A stretch of 64,000 bases of DNA, from NCBI GenBank assembly GCA_017517035.1, contig JAFXAN010000121.1:95619-159618 (forward strand). The letters run 5' to 3'. The notes beneath the pieces were generated by a model. That model did no database searches and had not been told where the DNA came from. It worked only from the letters and a program-made list of their open reading frames with translations. This document shows positions 9,280 through 18,178 of the stretch, one piece after another (within the stretch, counting starts at the first letter, position 1; each line of letters starts with the position of its first letter). The position numbers and the translations under genes were made by a program. The stretch comes from Clostridia bacterium (GTDB lineage Bacteria; Bacillota; Clostridia; Oscillospirales; CAG-272).

Positions 9280-9818
9280 ATGTATATTCCCTCCTTTGTC
9301 AGCCTTTTGCGGAGCTTTGCACGAAGTCTTGAAAGCCTCATCGCAATAGCTCCCTCGCTTTCGCCCATTGCCGAAGCGATATCAGGTGTGCTGTCGGAAT
9401 AATAATATCTTCTGACAAATACGACCCGATCCCGCTCTTTAAGCTCGGACAAAAATATGTTTATAACATCCGTTATCTCTCCTTCGGAAAGCTCCTTTGA
9501 CCAATCATCGTTTGAAATTATCTCATCAAGCTCGTCAAGAACAAGATCAAATTCACCATTTCGTTTTTCTGCATGATTATAGTGATATTTATTAAGTGAA
9601 ATGTTCCGCACAAGCGAGCAAAGATAAGCAGAAAGCGAGTTTGGCTGCTTTGGCGGAATACTATTCCAAAGACCGAGCATTGCATCGCTTACACATTCCT
9701 CCGCATCCTCATTACTGTGAAGAATATTATATGAAACAGAATACGCAAGCCTGCCATATTTATTCTGACACATGGCTATTGCCTTTTCGGATCGGGAATT
9801 AAAAAGCTCAATTATCAT
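9276..9818 (-). CDS. sigma-70 family (ECF-type) RNA polymerase sigma factor
   Basis: Region 2-like and region 4-like segments are present (...RDRVVFVRRYYYSDSTPDIASAMGESEGAIAMRLSRLRAKLRK). I prefer the start MIIELFNSRSEKAI at 9818. The track start at 9935 lies only ~8 nt from the last terminator-associated base (9943), which leaves no room for a promoter. Confidence 0.75.
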   Translation of the reverse strand: MIIELFNSRSEKAIAMCQNKYGRLAYSVSYNILHSNEDAEECVSDAMLGLWNSIPPKQPNSLSAYLCSLVRNISLNKYHYNHAEKRNGEFDLVLDELDEIISNDDWSKELSEGEITDVINIFLSELKERDRVVFVRRYYYSDSTPDIASAMGESEGAIAMRLSRLRAKLRKRLTKEGIYI

Positions 9819-9942
9819 TTTTTCAGCCCAATCTTCCTTTCGTTTTTTCTCTGTCACGATTCTTAAAGCTCCTTTCTGAGGTTTTTCGGATCCGCCTCTG
9901 CCATATATGTAAGCGTTCTTTTCATATTTTAACACAATTTAT

Positions 9943-9981
9943 TAAAAAACCTCGGCAGACCGATCAAAAAATCTGCCGAGG
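9943..9981 (-). terminator. rho-independent terminator after the ABC exporter gene
   Basis: CCTCGGCAGA / TCTGCCGAGG 10-bp stem followed by a T-run on the reverse strand. Confidence 0.7.
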
Positions 9982-9988
9982 TATGTTT

Positions 9989-11725
9989 TTACTGATTATT
10001 TCTGAACTGAAGGGCATAAAGATCGGAATATACTCCGCCCTTTGCCACAAGCTCCTCATGTCTTCCCTGCTCGATAATTTTACCATCGGAAACAACCGCA
10101 ATTTCATCCGCATTCTTTATCGTTGAGAGACGGTGTGCAACAACAAGAGTCGTTCTGCCTCGGCAAAGCTCGTCAAGAGATTGCTGAATGAGAATTTCGG
10201 TAGTATTATCGAGAGCACTTGTAGCTTCATCAAGAATAAGGATCGGGGGATTCTTAAGGAACACCCTCGCAATTGAAAGTCTCTGCTTCTGACCTCCCGA
10301 AAGTCTTACGCCTCGCTCACCGATCTGGGTGTCATAGCCATGCTCGAGGGTCATAATATAATCATGAATATTGGCACGCTTTGCAGCCTCAATGACCTCC
10401 TCATCGGTCGCATCAAGTCTACCATAAAGGATATTTTCCTTAATGCTCGCACCGAAAAGGTAGATATCCTGCTGGACGATACCGATATTTCTGCGGAGTG
10501 ACTCCATGGTTAGAGAATGTATCTCCTTGCCGTCGATGAGTATCTCGCCCGATGTAACATCATAAAAATGTGGGATAAGATGGCAGATCGTAGTCTTTCC
10601 GCCACCCGAAGGGCCAACAAGAGCAAATGTCTTTCCCTTCTCTATTTTAAGGTCAACTCCAAGAAGCACATCTTTTTCACCGTCATAAGCATAGGTAACA
10701 TTCTTAAGCTCAATTTCGCCATCAAGAACGCCCGCATCCTCTGCTCCTTCGCTGTCCTTCTCCGGATCTGTGTCCATTATTTCAACAAAGCGTGAGAAGC
10801 CCGTGACACCGTTCTGATATTGCTCCATGAAGTTAATAAGGGTCATAACCGGAGAAATAAAGAGATTGACGGAAACAACAAATGCGGAATAATCTGCAAA
10901 ATTGATAACTCCGTTATAGAGGAAAAATCCGCCGGCGATCAGGATTATTACATTGAAAATATCGGTTATAAAGGATGTTCCCGAATGGAACTGTCCCATC
11001 GCCTTATAGGCCCGGCTGCGGGAGGAGGTATATCTCTCGTTTCCCACCTCAAATTTTGACTGTTCCTTATCTGCATTACAAAAAGCCTTTGTAACTCTGA
11101 TTCCCGAAACGCTGCTCTCAAGAGAAGCGTTAATATCGGCTGTCGCTGCTCTGCTCTCGGCAAAAGCGTCTCTCATTTTTCTGCGAAGAACGAGAGAAAT
11201 GAGAAGAAGAAAAGGAACACAAGCAAAAATTATCAAGGTAAGCCAGATATTTATGCTTGAAAGATAAACAAATGATGTAACTATCGAAATTGAAGAAATG
11301 ATAATATTTTCGGGACCGTGGTGAGCAAGCTCGCTGACCTCAAAAAGGTCATTTGTCATTCTCGACATAATCTTTCCCGTTTCGTTATTATCATAGAAGC
11401 TATAGGGAAGCTTCTGCAGATGGGCAAACATATCGGTTCGCATTTGAGTCTGCATTTTGACACCCATAACATGACCATAATACTGAATAAAATAATTCAG
11501 AAGCATTCTGAAAATATAAAGTCCGAGAAGTATCGCTCCCGCAACGACTATCATTTTATATTTTCTCTCGGGAATGAGAGTGTTGAGCATCGTTCTCGTC
11601 ACTATAGGATATACGATTCCGACAAGAGAAACGATGAGCGATGCAACCATATCCAGAATAAATATCCGCATATGCGGCTTATAATACGCAACAAATCTTT
11701 TAAACAATTTTTTCACCTCTTTCAA
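9989..11725 (-). CDS. ABC transporter, fused permease/ATP-binding exporter (MsbA/ABCB type)
   Basis: 578 aa with an N-terminal six-TM domain. Walker A is GPSGGGKTT, the signature is LSGGQKQR, and Walker B is ILILDEATS. The track start at 11725 is TTG; the true start is uncertain within the first ~7 codons. Confidence 0.9.
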   Translation of the reverse strand: MKEVKKLFKRFVAYYKPHMRIFILDMVASLIVSLVGIVYPIVTRTMLNTLIPERKYKMIVVAGAILLGLYIFRMLLNYFIQYYGHVMGVKMQTQMRTDMFAHLQKLPYSFYDNNETGKIMSRMTNDLFEVSELAHHGPENIIISSISIVTSFVYLSSINIWLTLIIFACVPFLLLISLVLRRKMRDAFAESRAATADINASLESSVSGIRVTKAFCNADKEQSKFEVGNERYTSSRSRAYKAMGQFHSGTSFITDIFNVIILIAGGFFLYNGVINFADYSAFVVSVNLFISPVMTLINFMEQYQNGVTGFSRFVEIMDTDPEKDSEGAEDAGVLDGEIELKNVTYAYDGEKDVLLGVDLKIEKGKTFALVGPSGGGKTTICHLIPHFYDVTSGEILIDGKEIHSLTMESLRRNIGIVQQDIYLFGASIKENILYGRLDATDEEVIEAAKRANIHDYIMTLEHGYDTQIGERGVRLSGGQKQRLSIARVFLKNPPILILDEATSALDNTTEILIQQSLDELCRGRTTLVVAHRLSTIKNADEIAVVSDGKIIEQGRHEELVAKGGVYSDLYALQFRNNQ

Positions 11726-11769
11726 CTACAATATTATACCTTTTTTATGCCTTGAAGTCAATAACTAAA

Positions 11770-11803
11770 GAAAAATTTGCGGACCGAATTTCGATCCGCA
11801 AAT
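11770..11803 (-). terminator. rho-independent terminator after the CorC/HlyC gene
   Basis: ATTTGCGGA / TCCGCAAAT stem followed by a T-run on the reverse strand. Confidence 0.65.
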
Positions 11804-11807
11804 GAAA

Positions 11808-13163
11808 TTATTCTTCTGTTTTTTCTTCCTCAACTTCAACCTCAGGCTCAACCTTGCAAACGATAGCAGCCTCGATCTGATGATCCTTAACATCAGTAAC
11901 CTTGATGGCAAGACCGCAAGCCTCGATCTCAAATGTTGTTCCGTCCTCGGGAACTGATCCGAAATTACCGAAAACAAGTCCTCCAAAGGTATCGTATTCA
12001 TCTATGGGAAGCTCCATCTGAAGTGCCTCGGCAACCTCGGGAAGAGGCGCAACACCGCTGATCTTCCATGTTTCAGAATCAAGCGGAACGATATCGGGTT
12101 CCTTTTCCTCTGCGGTTTCCTCATCCGTAATATCACCAACAAGCCTTTCAATAAGGTCATTTATGGTGATGATTCCGTGCATTCCGCCGTATTCATCAAG
12201 AACTACCGCAAAGAAATTCTTTGTCTGACGCATATTTCTGAAAAGAACATCCGCCTTTACGGTTTCGGGAACAAAATATGCAGGTCTTACAGCCTCGCGA
12301 AGAACAGTTTCCTTGTCTTTATTCTCAAGTCTGAAATAGTCCTTTGTATTAAGTACGCCTACAACATCGTCAACAGTTTCGCCGCACACCGGATAGAGAT
12401 TATGGCGGCTGTCATGTATGGTTTTGTCCCACTCCTCGATTGATTCATCCATCCAGAGAAGTGAAACCTCTGTTCTGTGAGTTGATATCTCATCTGCTGT
12501 GAGGTCGTCAAATTCAAACACATTCTGAATGAACTGCTGCTCCTCGCTGTCGATTGTTCCCTTTTCGCTACCCGCATCGACCATCATAATGATATCCTCT
12601 TCGCTGACGCTTTCCTCGTTCTCATTGGGATCAATGCCCATAAGTCTGAGGATTCCGTTTGTTGAAGCTGTGAGAATAAATACAAGCGGTGCAAAAAGCT
12701 TTGAAATAAAATAGATCATGCGAGACATTCCGAGAGCGAGAGCCTCGGTCTTTCTCTGTGCAACTCTTTTTGGAACAAGCTCTCCGAAAATGAGAGTGAA
12801 GAAAGAAAGAATGATCGTTATTACAACAACCGCTACGGAATCAAGGCTTGCAAGAGCTGCGCCCGAAAGCTCAAGCTCAAAAATCCTTACAAACCAATCA
12901 ACCAAAGGGTCGGCAAAGTTATCTGCCGCAAACGCACTTCCGAGAAATCCCGAAAGAGTTATTGCAACCTGGATAGTTGCGAGAAATTTCGCAGGCTGAA
13001 CCGTAAGCTTTCTAAGGCATTTTGCCCTCTTGTCGCCCTGCTCTGCCAGCTTATCAACTTTTGTTTCATTCATGCTTATTACTGCTATCTCGGCGCAAGC
13101 AAATATAGCATTCAGCGCTATAAGCAAAACCTGAAGCAGCAACATTAATATTATATTACCCAA
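11808..13163 (-). CDS. HlyC/CorC (CNNM/DUF21-CBS-CorC_HlyC) family transporter
   Basis: 451 aa with an N-terminal DUF21-like TM region, a CBS pair, and a C-terminal CorC_HlyC-like domain. The start is TTG at 13163, with GGAGG 9 nt upstream. Confidence 0.85.
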   Translation of the reverse strand: MGNIILMLLLQVLLIALNAIFACAEIAVISMNETKVDKLAEQGDKRAKCLRKLTVQPAKFLATIQVAITLSGFLGSAFAADNFADPLVDWFVRIFELELSGAALASLDSVAVVVITIILSFFTLIFGELVPKRVAQRKTEALALGMSRMIYFISKLFAPLVFILTASTNGILRLMGIDPNENEESVSEEDIIMMVDAGSEKGTIDSEEQQFIQNVFEFDDLTADEISTHRTEVSLLWMDESIEEWDKTIHDSRHNLYPVCGETVDDVVGVLNTKDYFRLENKDKETVLREAVRPAYFVPETVKADVLFRNMRQTKNFFAVVLDEYGGMHGIITINDLIERLVGDITDEETAEEKEPDIVPLDSETWKISGVAPLPEVAEALQMELPIDEYDTFGGLVFGNFGSVPEDGTTFEIEACGLAIKVTDVKDHQIEAAIVCKVEPEVEVEEEKTEE

Positions 13164-13381
13164 AATAATTTTCCTCCGTTAAATCCAATTTGATCTTTCT
13201 ACATATTTGCTTTAGAATTTTGCTTATGACAACACAAAAAGACACAGCCGTCTTTCCCATTCGAAAAGACAACGACTATGCCGCCGCAAAATCATGAAAT
13301 TAGTAGAAGGAGGCTTACTATCTCCGGATATACAACCGTCTCCGTCCATTTTTTCGGTGTTTTTCTCCTTTCCCATATAAT
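13164..13381 (-). promoter_or_regulatory. ~215-nt 5' leader of the CorC/HlyC transporter gene (candidate cis-regulatory RNA, class unknown)
   Basis: Lies between a near-consensus promoter (13389-13417) and the TTG start at 13163. AAAGAC (13250-13255 on the RNA strand) can pair with GUCUUU either upstream (13265-13270) or downstream (13238-13243, followed by a U-rich run). Confidence 0.4.
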
Positions 13382-13388
13382 TGCGAAT

Positions 13389-13417
13389 ATTATACACCAT
13401 ATTTTGTACTTTGTCAA
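13389..13417 (-). promoter_or_regulatory. sigma-A type promoter for the CorC/HlyC gene
   Basis: On the reverse strand: TTGACA (13412-13417), 17-nt spacer, TGTATAAT (extended -10; TATAAT at 13389-13394). Confidence 0.65.
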
Positions 13418-13442
13418 GGCTTTTTTATAAAATAGCATTACA

Positions 13443-13473
13443 AATAAAAAAGCTGCGCCCCAAGGCGCAGCTT
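13443..13473 (-). terminator. rho-independent terminator after the GH127 gene
   Basis: AAGCTGCGCC / GGCGCAGCTT 10-bp stem with a 4-nt loop, followed by a T-run on the reverse strand. Confidence 0.75.
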
Positions 13474-13479
13474 AAAAAA

Positions 13480-15351
13480 TTAAATATAAATATTAAAGAT
13501 AAATTCGGGGGTCCATTCATCGGGGACTTTTCCGGCTGAGGCATAGTCGCACATTTTATATTCGCCCTTATCGGTCTTCACGGTACAGACAAGCTGGAAA
13601 AGGTCGGGAGAAGTGCAATTCTCTATACTGCATTCGCTATGTCCGCCTTCTGCCTGTGTACAGTCGGAATCATCAATTCTAATAGAGCGTGCAAGAAGCA
13701 GAGGACCATACATTACTCTATCGGGCCTGCCGTGAAGCATATATTTTTCATCAACATACCCAATATCTTCACGCTCAAGAGTAAAGCGACGGAAATGCAC
13801 ATCCTCTCTTTCAGGCTCGATCATATTCTTTTCCATCTTAACTATTCTCGGATTTGTATCAAATTGCAGAGCAAACTCACTCTTAAGACCATCGGGAACA
13901 AGATAATAACCGTCCTCGGCTTCAATATTCTTTCCGCAAAGCTTTGACGCACGGCAGTATTCGGGGATTCTGACATAAACCTTCTCTGCTCCGCTTACCT
14001 TCACGGAAAATTCCTTTCCGCAAAGATATCCGTCGGATATCTCAATCTTGATATCCGAATCAATTCCAATGGGTGTAAAGAAATTAATATAAACATTCTT
14101 ACCCTCACGAACAACTGCACTTTCGGCAAAATTGAGCATTCCCTTTGGAAGATTATCAACACAGCAATGATGATATGGAAGCGGATCGGGTCCCGGCTGA
14201 TTTGGCGCATACTGATGCTTTCCTTGACTTCTGATAATTCTTTCGCCCCAAAAGCCGTCATATGTAATACTTGCCATAAGGGGATTATATCCAATGATTT
14301 CAAGCATATCGGCGTATTTTTTCTCGCCGCTGATTAGATAAAGCTCATATATGAGTCTGAACCAATGAACAACATCGCAAGGCTCACTGCAAGCATTTAC
14401 ATAGTATCCGCCCGAAATAAACTGATCATTAAATCCAACGCTGAAAAGTGGATTTTGTTCATGCTCTATTATCAGCTTTACAAACTCCGTAACCGCATCA
14501 TAATACCTTTTCACACCTGTAAGTCTATAAAGTTCAAGAAGACCGTCAAGGCATGAAAGAAGCTCATAAACCTTCGTCCATCTGCCTCCGTGATTTTCAT
14601 ACCAATCATCAATTGGCTTACCCGAAAATGAATTTCTTATAAGGCATGGAGCGAGATCCTCCTCATTATCCCAAAAATCGGCAATTTCTTCAGCAAAATC
14701 AAGATATTTCTTATTTCCTGTGATTCTATACATAATTAGCACAGGCTTCATTATCGAACAGCTTGGCATACCGACAAATGTTCCCGTTTGCCAGACCTTT
14801 ACACCAACTTCATCGAGAACTTTCTGATAGTTCTCAAAGAATCTTTCCGCAGCATCAAGAATGTTTTTATCGCCCGTAAGCTCATAAGCCTCGATAAGTC
14901 CCCAAAAGGTATATTTTCTTCCCCAAAGATTCCAGTTCCAATCGCATGGCCATCCAACTATCTGTTTTCCCTTTTCTATATCCACAGGGAAAATAAAATT
15001 CTTATCCTTGAAAGTGCCTATATAGCCGTCCTCATCTTGAGTAGAGATCACGCCAAGGGCGCATTTATGGAGAAAAGCCTTCATTTCGGGATCATTCTTA
15101 TATCTTGCGGCACGGCAAGCGCAGATCATCCATTTTCCCCAGAATTCTCCCTGCCAGAGACCAAGTCCCATTCTGTCATCAAGACGAGTTCTGAAAACCT
15201 CCTCGCAAACGGGATAAACAATATTTCTTGCAAAATCCGAATTTATGCGATGATATATTTGTCTCTCAATGAGATGACCGATATACCCTTTTTCATTAAT
15301 ATCAGCAAGAGCAAACGGCTCAAGCTTATTTTTCACCTTATATTCTATCAT
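13480..15351 (-). CDS. glycoside hydrolase family 127-like (beta-L-arabinofuranosidase/DUF1680)
   Basis: 623 aa. WQGEFWGKW is the N-terminal motif typical of DUF1680. SEPC (E-x-C) and HHCCVDN (CC) match the Glu/Cys3 zinc-cysteine site arrangement I recall for GH127. No signal peptide. Confidence 0.65.
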   Translation of the reverse strand: MIEYKVKNKLEPFALADINEKGYIGHLIERQIYHRINSDFARNIVYPVCEEVFRTRLDDRMGLGLWQGEFWGKWMICACRAARYKNDPEMKAFLHKCALGVISTQDEDGYIGTFKDKNFIFPVDIEKGKQIVGWPCDWNWNLWGRKYTFWGLIEAYELTGDKNILDAAERFFENYQKVLDEVGVKVWQTGTFVGMPSCSIMKPVLIMYRITGNKKYLDFAEEIADFWDNEEDLAPCLIRNSFSGKPIDDWYENHGGRWTKVYELLSCLDGLLELYRLTGVKRYYDAVTEFVKLIIEHEQNPLFSVGFNDQFISGGYYVNACSEPCDVVHWFRLIYELYLISGEKKYADMLEIIGYNPLMASITYDGFWGERIIRSQGKHQYAPNQPGPDPLPYHHCCVDNLPKGMLNFAESAVVREGKNVYINFFTPIGIDSDIKIEISDGYLCGKEFSVKVSGAEKVYVRIPEYCRASKLCGKNIEAEDGYYLVPDGLKSEFALQFDTNPRIVKMEKNMIEPEREDVHFRRFTLEREDIGYVDEKYMLHGRPDRVMYGPLLLARSIRIDDSDCTQAEGGHSECSIENCTSPDLFQLVCTVKTDKGEYKMCDYASAGKVPDEWTPEFIFNIYI

Positions 15352-15402
15352 AAAAAATCCCCCAAAAAAGCGTTTTTTTAATTATAACCGCTTTTTGGGG
15401 GA
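15352..15402 (-). terminator. intrinsic terminator after araC that embeds the GH127 Shine-Dalgarno
   Basis: CCCCCAAAAAGCG / CGCTTTTTGGGGG ~13-bp stem. On the reverse strand the 3' arm (..GGGGGA) is followed by TTTTTT and then directly by the GH127 ATG at 15351. Confidence 0.65.
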
Positions 15403-15433
15403 AGTTCAAGTGCAAAAACGCACCGATTTGTAT

Positions 15434-16267
15434 TCATTTTATATTTTTTCTGACTTCTGCCGGGCTTTTACCGGTGATATATTCAAAAACCTTATAAAAC
15501 CGATTCTTATTGGTATAGCCGACTTGTGCCGCTATCTCCGCAATACTCATTGAAGTTTCCAGAAGCAATGATATCGCCTTATTTATCCTCTTCTCATCAA
15601 TATAATCCTTTATGCTCATTCCATAGCATTCCTTAAAGCGGCGGCTGAGATATGCCGGATTATAAAAATTGGCACTTGCAATCTCCTCAATGGTTACGCT
15701 CTTATAAAGATTGGCATCAATATATTCGATCACCTCGCTTGGAAGCTTCTTTTTTTCATCCTTTTGCGCTCTTCCACGAAGCATGAGGCTGATAAGCACA
15801 CGCAGATATGATGAAAGAATATCTTTATATCCGAAATCTCTGTTTTTGACTTCGTCACGCATCGAATCACAAATACGCTCCGCCGAAATTATATCAAATG
15901 TTGAAAGCTGATAAAATGTGCTTAAGCTGCTTTGATCAAAGCCCAAAGTCCTGACCACATCTGCAAAGGTTGCAGAGGCTTCCGAGCTGCACGAAGCAAA
16001 TCTTGGAGAGATCAGAATATTTATCATCACCATTTCGCCATGGCAGGTAAATGAATGAACCCTGCCACTGTCGATGACGAGAACCGAGCCTTTTCCGACC
16101 TCATAGACTTCATCGTCTATCTTGTGAACTCCCTTTCCGTCATAGATATATACCATCTCGATAAAATCATGGGTATGGGGCGCACAGTCATTTATCCTTG
16201 CGTGCTTTTTATCAAGAAAGATCAAAAGCTCGCTATCAAAATAATCCTTACCGTAAAATTTCTTCAT
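15434..16267 (-). CDS. AraC family transcriptional regulator (cupin + HTH_18)
   Basis: 277 aa with an N-terminal cupin-like sensor and a C-terminal double HTH (...IAAQVGYTNKNRFYKVFEYITGKSPAEVRK). Confidence 0.85.
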   Translation of the reverse strand: MKKFYGKDYFDSELLIFLDKKHARINDCAPHTHDFIEMVYIYDGKGVHKIDDEVYEVGKGSVLVIDSGRVHSFTCHGEMVMINILISPRFASCSSEASATFADVVRTLGFDQSSLSTFYQLSTFDIISAERICDSMRDEVKNRDFGYKDILSSYLRVLISLMLRGRAQKDEKKKLPSEVIEYIDANLYKSVTIEEIASANFYNPAYLSRRFKECYGMSIKDYIDEKRINKAISLLLETSMSIAEIAAQVGYTNKNRFYKVFEYITGKSPAEVRKNIK

Positions 16268-16273
16268 ATCAAA

Positions 16274-18121
16274 TCAATCAAGAATTATATCGCCTTTTTT
16301 TCCTTTTACTTTTCTTTCACCAAAATTAAGTGAAAAATCATTATAAAATAAAGCCATCAACTTTTTGCCGTCAACAAGTATAGCCTGGCAATCCGAATCA
16401 TTATTTATAATTTTAATATTTCTGCATTCATCAAGGGAAGCGGAATAGGCATATTTTCCATATGATGTCACGGGAATAGAAACGGAGAATATCTTACAGT
16501 CTATGGCATCGTCAGGCAAAGCGGCATTATTCTTTTTCCAGCTTCCGCTCTGCACTGCTGTGGATGATACAAATTCGGTACCAAGGTCGAGATTCCTATA
16601 TATGATCCGTCCGTTTCTTGCCATGTTTTTGCCATGCTCGGTATCAGAAGCGATGCATTGCTCAACATTTGTCTGAAGCCTTCCTTTTTCGGGAGCTTCA
16701 TCCCTTATATCTGTTCCGAGTGCCACCAAAGTGCCGTCAAAGACAAAATATGCGGCTGTCAGCGAAATGCCGTCATGTGCAGTAAATTGCGCCATCGCTC
16801 CGCATTCTCCGTTTGCTTTACCAAACGCTCTGCAGGGCGTTTCAAGCATACTCCACCACTCACCGTGCTTGAGAAGCTCATCTTCTTTTTCAATCCTTGC
16901 GGTGGTTCCGGGGATTCTTGAATAATCCCAAATGGGCGAAATATCGAAATATTCTTTCCCGCTCTCCATGATGCAGCTTACGGTTCCATAGGTCATATTA
17001 TAGCTCAGATTTCCCTCGGAATTGCACATTTCAGCACCGAAAACGCCTTCTTTTCTGCCTCTTATTCCTATATAGATCCCGTTTTTCTTGTGGCAAAGCT
17101 GGGCTATGCTATCATAATATTTTGTTTTTTCAAGAAGGTCAATGCCTGCCTCAAGCTCGGAGCAAAATTCCGAAAGCTCGTCTTTTCTGTCAAGAGTATC
17201 ATCCTCGGCAATAAGCGGAAGCGCCCTTTTCAGATAATCCAAATAGATAGCTTCGGGTCTTGTATATTCCCTTCCAACAGCACCAAAATCAAAATATCCT
17301 TTTCTCATCATCATTCGCTGACCGCCAAGAATATGCATCATAATAAGGTCTGTTTTTTCCTTTGGCAATGCAAATTTCGTGCCCCTGAGGATGTTCAGGA
17401 TCGGTGCGATCTCAAACACAAAGGAGCGACCGTATCCGCCCGAATACCATCTGGGACCGTGCTGACAAAATGCACCGTCCGCCTGTATTCCCTCTGCGGA
17501 AATCTTTATCTCCTCCGAAAGCCTATCAATTGCAATGCGAAGAAGCTCTGCGTCCTCAAGCCAAAGAGCATATCTGATAGTCGTTGATGCACCCCAGACA
17601 AGATTTGCGCCTGTCCATGCATCCGCTGTTTTGCTTTTTGTGGTTCCCATCAGCTCGGCAATTTCATTTATTCCCTCGTGGGCATGAAATGTTCCTCTGC
17701 TTATGAGCTTTTTAAGTCCGTTTGCCAGATCATCTGTCAGATATTTTTCAAATACAATGGCAAGATTTGCCATCACAAGGGGCATTCCTATTTGATTTTG
17801 CCACCAATTCTGATTTATAAAATCTTTTTCTATCCAGTATCTTAAAGCACCAAGCATTTTTTTGCGCCACTCGGGATCGTTATCAACCCTATCCGTGCCG
17901 CTTTTTATTAACTGAAGCTCCATTCTGTAGTAGTGAAATCCGGCCTTCCAAACGCTGCGGTCAGTATCCGAATAGTCTATATCCGGATAAAGATAGAGGT
18001 CATCTCTATCTCCCTTTACAAGCTCAATATCGTCTTTAACCGTCGCAACAGAATATTTCTGAAAATATCCCGAAAAAAACAGTTTTCTTTGTCTTTCTTT
18101 TATTATCTTTATATCTGTCAT
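16274..18121 (-). CDS. polysaccharide lyase family 8-like protein
   Basis: NQNWWQNQIGMP resembles the NWWxxxIGxP motif, and ADGAFCQHGPRWYSGGYG resembles the His/Tyr catalytic block of PL8 lyases. I prefer the start MTDIKII at 18121 (GGAGG 8 nt upstream) over the track start at 18163. No signal peptide. Confidence 0.5.
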   Translation of the reverse strand: MTDIKIIKERQRKLFFSGYFQKYSVATVKDDIELVKGDRDDLYLYPDIDYSDTDRSVWKAGFHYYRMELQLIKSGTDRVDNDPEWRKKMLGALRYWIEKDFINQNWWQNQIGMPLVMANLAIVFEKYLTDDLANGLKKLISRGTFHAHEGINEIAELMGTTKSKTADAWTGANLVWGASTTIRYALWLEDAELLRIAIDRLSEEIKISAEGIQADGAFCQHGPRWYSGGYGRSFVFEIAPILNILRGTKFALPKEKTDLIMMHILGGQRMMMRKGYFDFGAVGREYTRPEAIYLDYLKRALPLIAEDDTLDRKDELSEFCSELEAGIDLLEKTKYYDSIAQLCHKKNGIYIGIRGRKEGVFGAEMCNSEGNLSYNMTYGTVSCIMESGKEYFDISPIWDYSRIPGTTARIEKEDELLKHGEWWSMLETPCRAFGKANGECGAMAQFTAHDGISLTAAYFVFDGTLVALGTDIRDEAPEKGRLQTNVEQCIASDTEHGKNMARNGRIIYRNLDLGTEFVSSTAVQSGSWKKNNAALPDDAIDCKIFSVSIPVTSYGKYAYSASLDECRNIKIINNDSDCQAILVDGKKLMALFYNDFSLNFGERKVKGKKGDIILD

Positions 18122-18178
18122 TAAGTCATCCTCCAAAATAATACCCGACTTTTTGCGTGACAAAAAGCCGGGTGTTAC

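Noticed and set aside
9819-9935. N-terminal extensions proposed by the ORF track: sigma factor to 9935, PL8-like to 18163, GH-A to 26961, xseA to 49198, giant gene 1 to 56821, and others
   Set aside because: The internal starts have proper SD sequences, give family-typical N-termini or signal peptides, and avoid overlaps with upstream genes, terminators or promoters.
13164-13381. Assignment of the CorC leader to the yybP-ykoY (Mn2+) or M-box (Mg2+) riboswitch classes
   Set aside because: UAGUAAGCCUCCUUC loosely resembles the 3' strand of yybP-ykoY. However, the conserved GGGGAGUAG and UUGACAUA elements and the M-box GUUAGGUGAGGCU core are absent, so the leader is left unclassified.
14788-15381. 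197-aa plus-strand ORF
   Set aside because: It is antisense to the GH127 gene and runs through the araC terminator hairpin.
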